The notes below the pieces were generated by a model that had not been told where the DNA came from, ran no database searches, and worked only from the letters and a program-made list of their open reading frames with translations. Source: Trypanosoma brucei (Eukaryota). From it: DNA of 64,000 bases. The stretch is taken from NCBI GenBank assembly GCA_000002445.1, contig CM000207.1:544001-608000 (forward strand). The letters run 5' to 3'. The first letter of the stretch is position 1. The number at the start of each line of letters is the position of its first letter. This document shows positions 61,901 through 64,000 of the stretch, piece after piece. The translations under genes were made by a program, and so were the position numbers.

Positions 61901-64000
61901 CTGTGACGGTACCGATGGTGCGGCCAGAAAAAACGGAATTGGGGCGTGCAGCTTCAGATGCCGAAGCCGGCTTCTGTGCTCCGCTTGACGACGGTAAATC
62001 CGGAGTAAATAAGCCAGCCATGAGGATTACACTCTGCCTCACAACTTCTTGGCGTATAACCGCTGCGCCATCTGGCTGACCATCGTTTAATGCCCCTGGT
62101 GACGAAAGACACAGATTCACAAGGCAACGAATAAATGACAAAGCAAGGCGATACAACGAGTTCCCAGAGGCACCAACATCAGCACTATCGTTGTCTTCGA
62201 GAAGTGGAAGCAGGGATGCCAGCGGGAACGAATTCAGAACCTCTCTAACCAAATTAAATAATGATGAATCCCCCAAGTCCTCTCCTCCTTCCCCCTCTCT
62301 TTTGCCCACATCGTCCCCATCGAACCTGATCAAGTGCGATGATTCAAAAATAGCACACAGAATGCGCAGTGCTGGTAAGGTGTTGCCTTCTCGTCTCCAC
62401 ACAATTTCTTCCCCGCCATCGGCCCGACTCAACGACTTCGCACAAAGCTGAAGAATAGACTCAACATCTGTGGACTTCAGCGGGTCATAAAGAGTACACC
62501 ACGATGGTGGCTCCCATGCGTCCACCGTATCCCCTCCCTCTCCTTCCGACCCCGGTAATGGCGAGGAAGGTGACGCAGCTGCAACTGCCTCGAGCGCATC
62601 CGCAATAATTGACAAGTCCGGACTCCGCTGTTTCAGTTTCTGTGACACAAGTGGTAAAAATAGGCGTTGGTAGCCGCCAACAGTACCGACCAACAGTGAA
62701 AGTGCATCAGCACCCATCCGACTTAGGCAAACAGCGTCGTCCAGTACCACCTCCGAAACCACACTAGCCACCCTTTTGGCGTAATCCTCGTCGTCGCTTT
62801 TTTCCAATAAATTATTCGTGCCCTGTGAAGTATTTCGCGTTGGCTTTGGTACAAAGACAAGTGGGTTTGCAGAAGATACATCACACCCCCGACTCAACAC
62901 CGAAGCAAAGGTACTGAGGGCGTGGCGATACACTAAGCGGGTACGGCGACCACTGACTCGAAGAAACGGGTGGCGAACAAGGGCAAGGTTCAGCTGCAGT
63001 AAGGCATTCTTTTCTTCGTTGCTGATGGTTGCCATTTCTGCGCAAATCTGTGCGCGATTGCAGATGGCTTGCACAAAGTTTGCTGCTTCTGGGCTCACCG
63101 TCCCCTCTCCACCGTCGCCGCCCGCTTCTAGAAGTGATATTAAAAGCGGCAGGAGAGCGTTAACCACGATGCCACTTTTCCGGGCGCGCAGTGGATAGAA
63201 GTGCTCCACCACAAGGTTCAGAAAGGAAAAGGGCGCTGTTGTTTCTTCATTTCCACCGTTTCCAACTCCGTCAACTATCATGCGGCACAGAAGCTCGGAG
63301 GCGGTGTGCGTCAGGTGTGCGTGAGAATCCTCCAGAGCTATTGCCTCAACGAGGGCATTCAGTGTTGTGATGGAAATGGATCCCTGACGCAACGCAGCCT
63401 CCAAAAATAGCTGTGCGCTGCTCATGTTAGTTATCGTTAGTCTCTTCTTTGCGTCTCTGGTACTCCTCTTAACATCGTCCGCAGCAGAAAGTATGAGCCC
63501 CTGCAACGTTGTCAATACATCCTCCCGGCGACCAGCCGGCGCGGCTAGGGGTGAGGTCACAGCCACAAATAACCCTGACAGAGAGAAGTAACTTCCACAG
63601 TTCGATTTCAGAGTGACAGGGGACTCGAACACGGAGCGGTAGACGAGACGGAACCAGTCCACGGGTAGCTGTACATTCCAGTCATCGCCCGCAACGTCGC
63701 TAGCGGTGTTACACAACTCCAGCATATGCAGGTAAGCGGGTGGAAGCCACATGGGACTGACTGCCGCAGCCGGGAGGGGGGCATCCAAATAACCCAGCAA
63801 ACGCCCCATGTACGCCAGCGTATTGGTTGAATTGAACGCCATCTTCTCGCCCTCAACGCAACTACCGACCTCAGAGTTTCTAGCCAAACGCGTTTCCATG
63901 CTGATGCGAATAGTGGCACCCATTATCCTGGTAAACAGATTTTTCGGCAAAAATGGCGACGACCCGTCGTTTGCAGCTCCTCGTCCAACACGTCCTCTCA
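58944..64000 (-). CDS. UTP10: HEATR1/UTP10-like giant HEAT-repeat protein (SSU processome), 5'-partial; the N-terminus lies beyond the window end.
   Basis: The minus-strand frame is open from 58944 to the window end. The ORF-track start at 63950 is a TTG, and the frame continues upstream without a stop. The C-terminal block RWLLFYALCNHLLERLGSIMDFAFPVLLPY parallels human HEATR1 RLLTFYNLADCIAEKLKGLFTLFAGHLVKPF. The extreme C-terminus LPSVAELTEDRDDVVVEQARRLCGHLSSITGQDVLYAMGS parallels IPFLAELMEDECEEVEHQCQKTIQQLETVLGEPLQSYF (BP28 C-terminal domain). Confidence 0.75.
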   Translation of the reverse strand, partial: RGRVGRGAANDGSSPFLPKNLFTRIMGATIRISMETRLARNSEVGSCVEGEKMAFNSTNTLAYMGRLLGYLDAPLPAAAVSPMWLPPAYLHMLELCNTASDVAGDDWNVQLPVDWFRLVYRSVFESPVTLKSNCGSYFSLSGLFVAVTSPLAAPAGRREDVLTTLQGLILSAADDVKRSTRDAKKRLTITNMSSAQLFLEAALRQGSISITTLNALVEAIALEDSHAHLTHTASELLCRMIVDGVGNGGNEETTAPFSFLNLVVEHFYPLRARKSGIVVNALLPLLISLLEAGGDGGEGTVSPEAANFVQAICNRAQICAEMATISNEEKNALLQLNLALVRHPFLRVSGRRTRLVYRHALSTFASVLSRGCDVSSANPLVFVPKPTRNTSQGTNNLLEKSDDEDYAKRVASVVSEVVLDDAVCLSRMGADALSLLVGTVGGYQRLFLPLVSQKLKQRSPDLSIIADALEAVAAASPSSPLPGSEGEGGDTVDAWEPPSWCTLYDPLKSTDVESILQLCAKSLSRADGGEEIVWRREGNTLPALRILCAIFESSHLIRFDGDDVGKREGEGGEDLGDSSLFNLVREVLNSFPLASLLPLLEDNDSADVGASGNSLYRLALSFIRCLVNLCLSSPGALNDGQPDGAAVIRQEVVRQSVILMAGLFTPDLPSSSGAQKPASASEAARPNSVFSGRTIGTVTELLRIVSPLFTPAVTPMHSNDFSVGGRVALHIPVVALLIRLESVNFESGKHNYTSAMEVCRHLLVSFDVQTQLLCLTGMMELLVDPHKQLSLSSPKVGGNRRGKVEGMDTGDVGCSENDDDYTMKRLFRKLLKPNQVVNRQEEIMYLINDTIKSEEFLAGFVALQHSTAVLCLDTAHADGGVQRDDTSGTKYGESSLFEGIDKSNECMALLVASLKLFAYYTELNTATENDAGTAAASQHSDGGFVGAPAYGEKKAFVMLLELLAGNTLACVLAGINEPTFVLCMKNLLTDHRAAVQLKGLEMLLDRLHNALPTVEQILTKEEVERGRQKLRDPKSRLTLTDVVRLKARPFATKRSFTLFSHIFALMMSAAGVQVGKAERVDNLRLLTLSVACMEELVRIIASGGSQHAEAALLNVNRTARVTEDRLNKLFGNHSRVEEVHRWVDSMVSVLPRVIRSCRNQDEEHTHGSKEDCLFAAAALLTALGTVSQVMGTAFTVPHSNVTLQVVVDAAVFAAAGVPPTVSRGEVGSVLRQSSLNCLLRTFPSSWLMCQPYLSRIIYVATHLQNVDDTETNYLSVEVMSMLEVALEPQLFIEASAECVRGIVEQEVAADESGKRSKRVLRVRVDTHSLALLYSSIQRRVTSLGREELKHLSLFVGGTTARDNFWLSSMQTLASAPTLPSPDAVQPVLEAYTMFFLKFKAKHCTSFISTMAEWAFGGAAEGFVKSTEKQQAKESAGKESEDVRERDDVASVPRVIVHRWLLFYALCNHLLERLGSIMDFAFPVLLPYIVGTLASYCSSTTHAARHAADLIARTLEGALNSIRIIASAQTAPPHHDHSIPVDNYLATHEVFSAVMPAVVRQLTNLVYLADSTHDYAFRAEQCVIPAVRALFLSLTSSKQQSDTQREVLRSLRHPSRHVRRVALLCLDRIYEDGGGELAARLMAEMLPSVAELTEDRDDVVVEQARRLCGHLSSITGQDVLYAMGS

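Overview
This window reads as a single kinetoplastid polycistronic transcription unit. The sequence composition and gene content are most consistent with an African trypanosome (Trypanosoma brucei-like); that species call is inference and was not checked against any database.

Every convincing gene (17 CDS) is intronless and on the minus strand. The genes are separated by 1-3.6 kb intergenic/UTR regions full of homopurine and homopyrimidine tracts and microsatellites such as (TA)n, (CA)n, (GT)n and (ATTT)n. There is no prokaryotic signal of any kind: no operons, no CRISPR array, no IS elements.

Genes recognised from conserved motifs (no database lookup):
- deoxyhypusine hydroxylase
- an exportin-7-like karyopherin
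- a sedlin/TRAPPC2L-like protein
- an ELMO-domain protein
- an EB1 microtubule plus-end-binding protein
- a multi-C2H2 zinc-finger protein
- a HEATR1/UTP10-like giant HEAT protein (5' partial)
- a leucine-rich-repeat giant protein
- a possible KATNIP (DUF4457) protein
- a possible TCAIM (DUF4460) protein
- several low-complexity hypothetical proteins

Most unusual items:
1. A giant minus-strand gene (1..5169, C-terminus beyond the window start) carries a near-identical 600-bp (200-aa) coding tandem array. Its unique N-terminus contains a coiled-coil / dynein-MTBD-like / coiled-coil module.
2. A type I membrane protein combines a C-type-lectin-like ectodomain with a stalk of about 13 acidic ENTT[A/V]D hexapeptide repeats. 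Most units carry an N-x-T glycosylation sequon.
3. One protein starts with a Paip2-like PAM2 motif and ends in a single transmembrane tail anchor.
4. A 104-bp tandem duplication lies in an intergenic region.

The supplied ORF track evidently accepts non-ATG starts (TTG/GTG). Several starts were therefore re-set to the first in-frame ATG.
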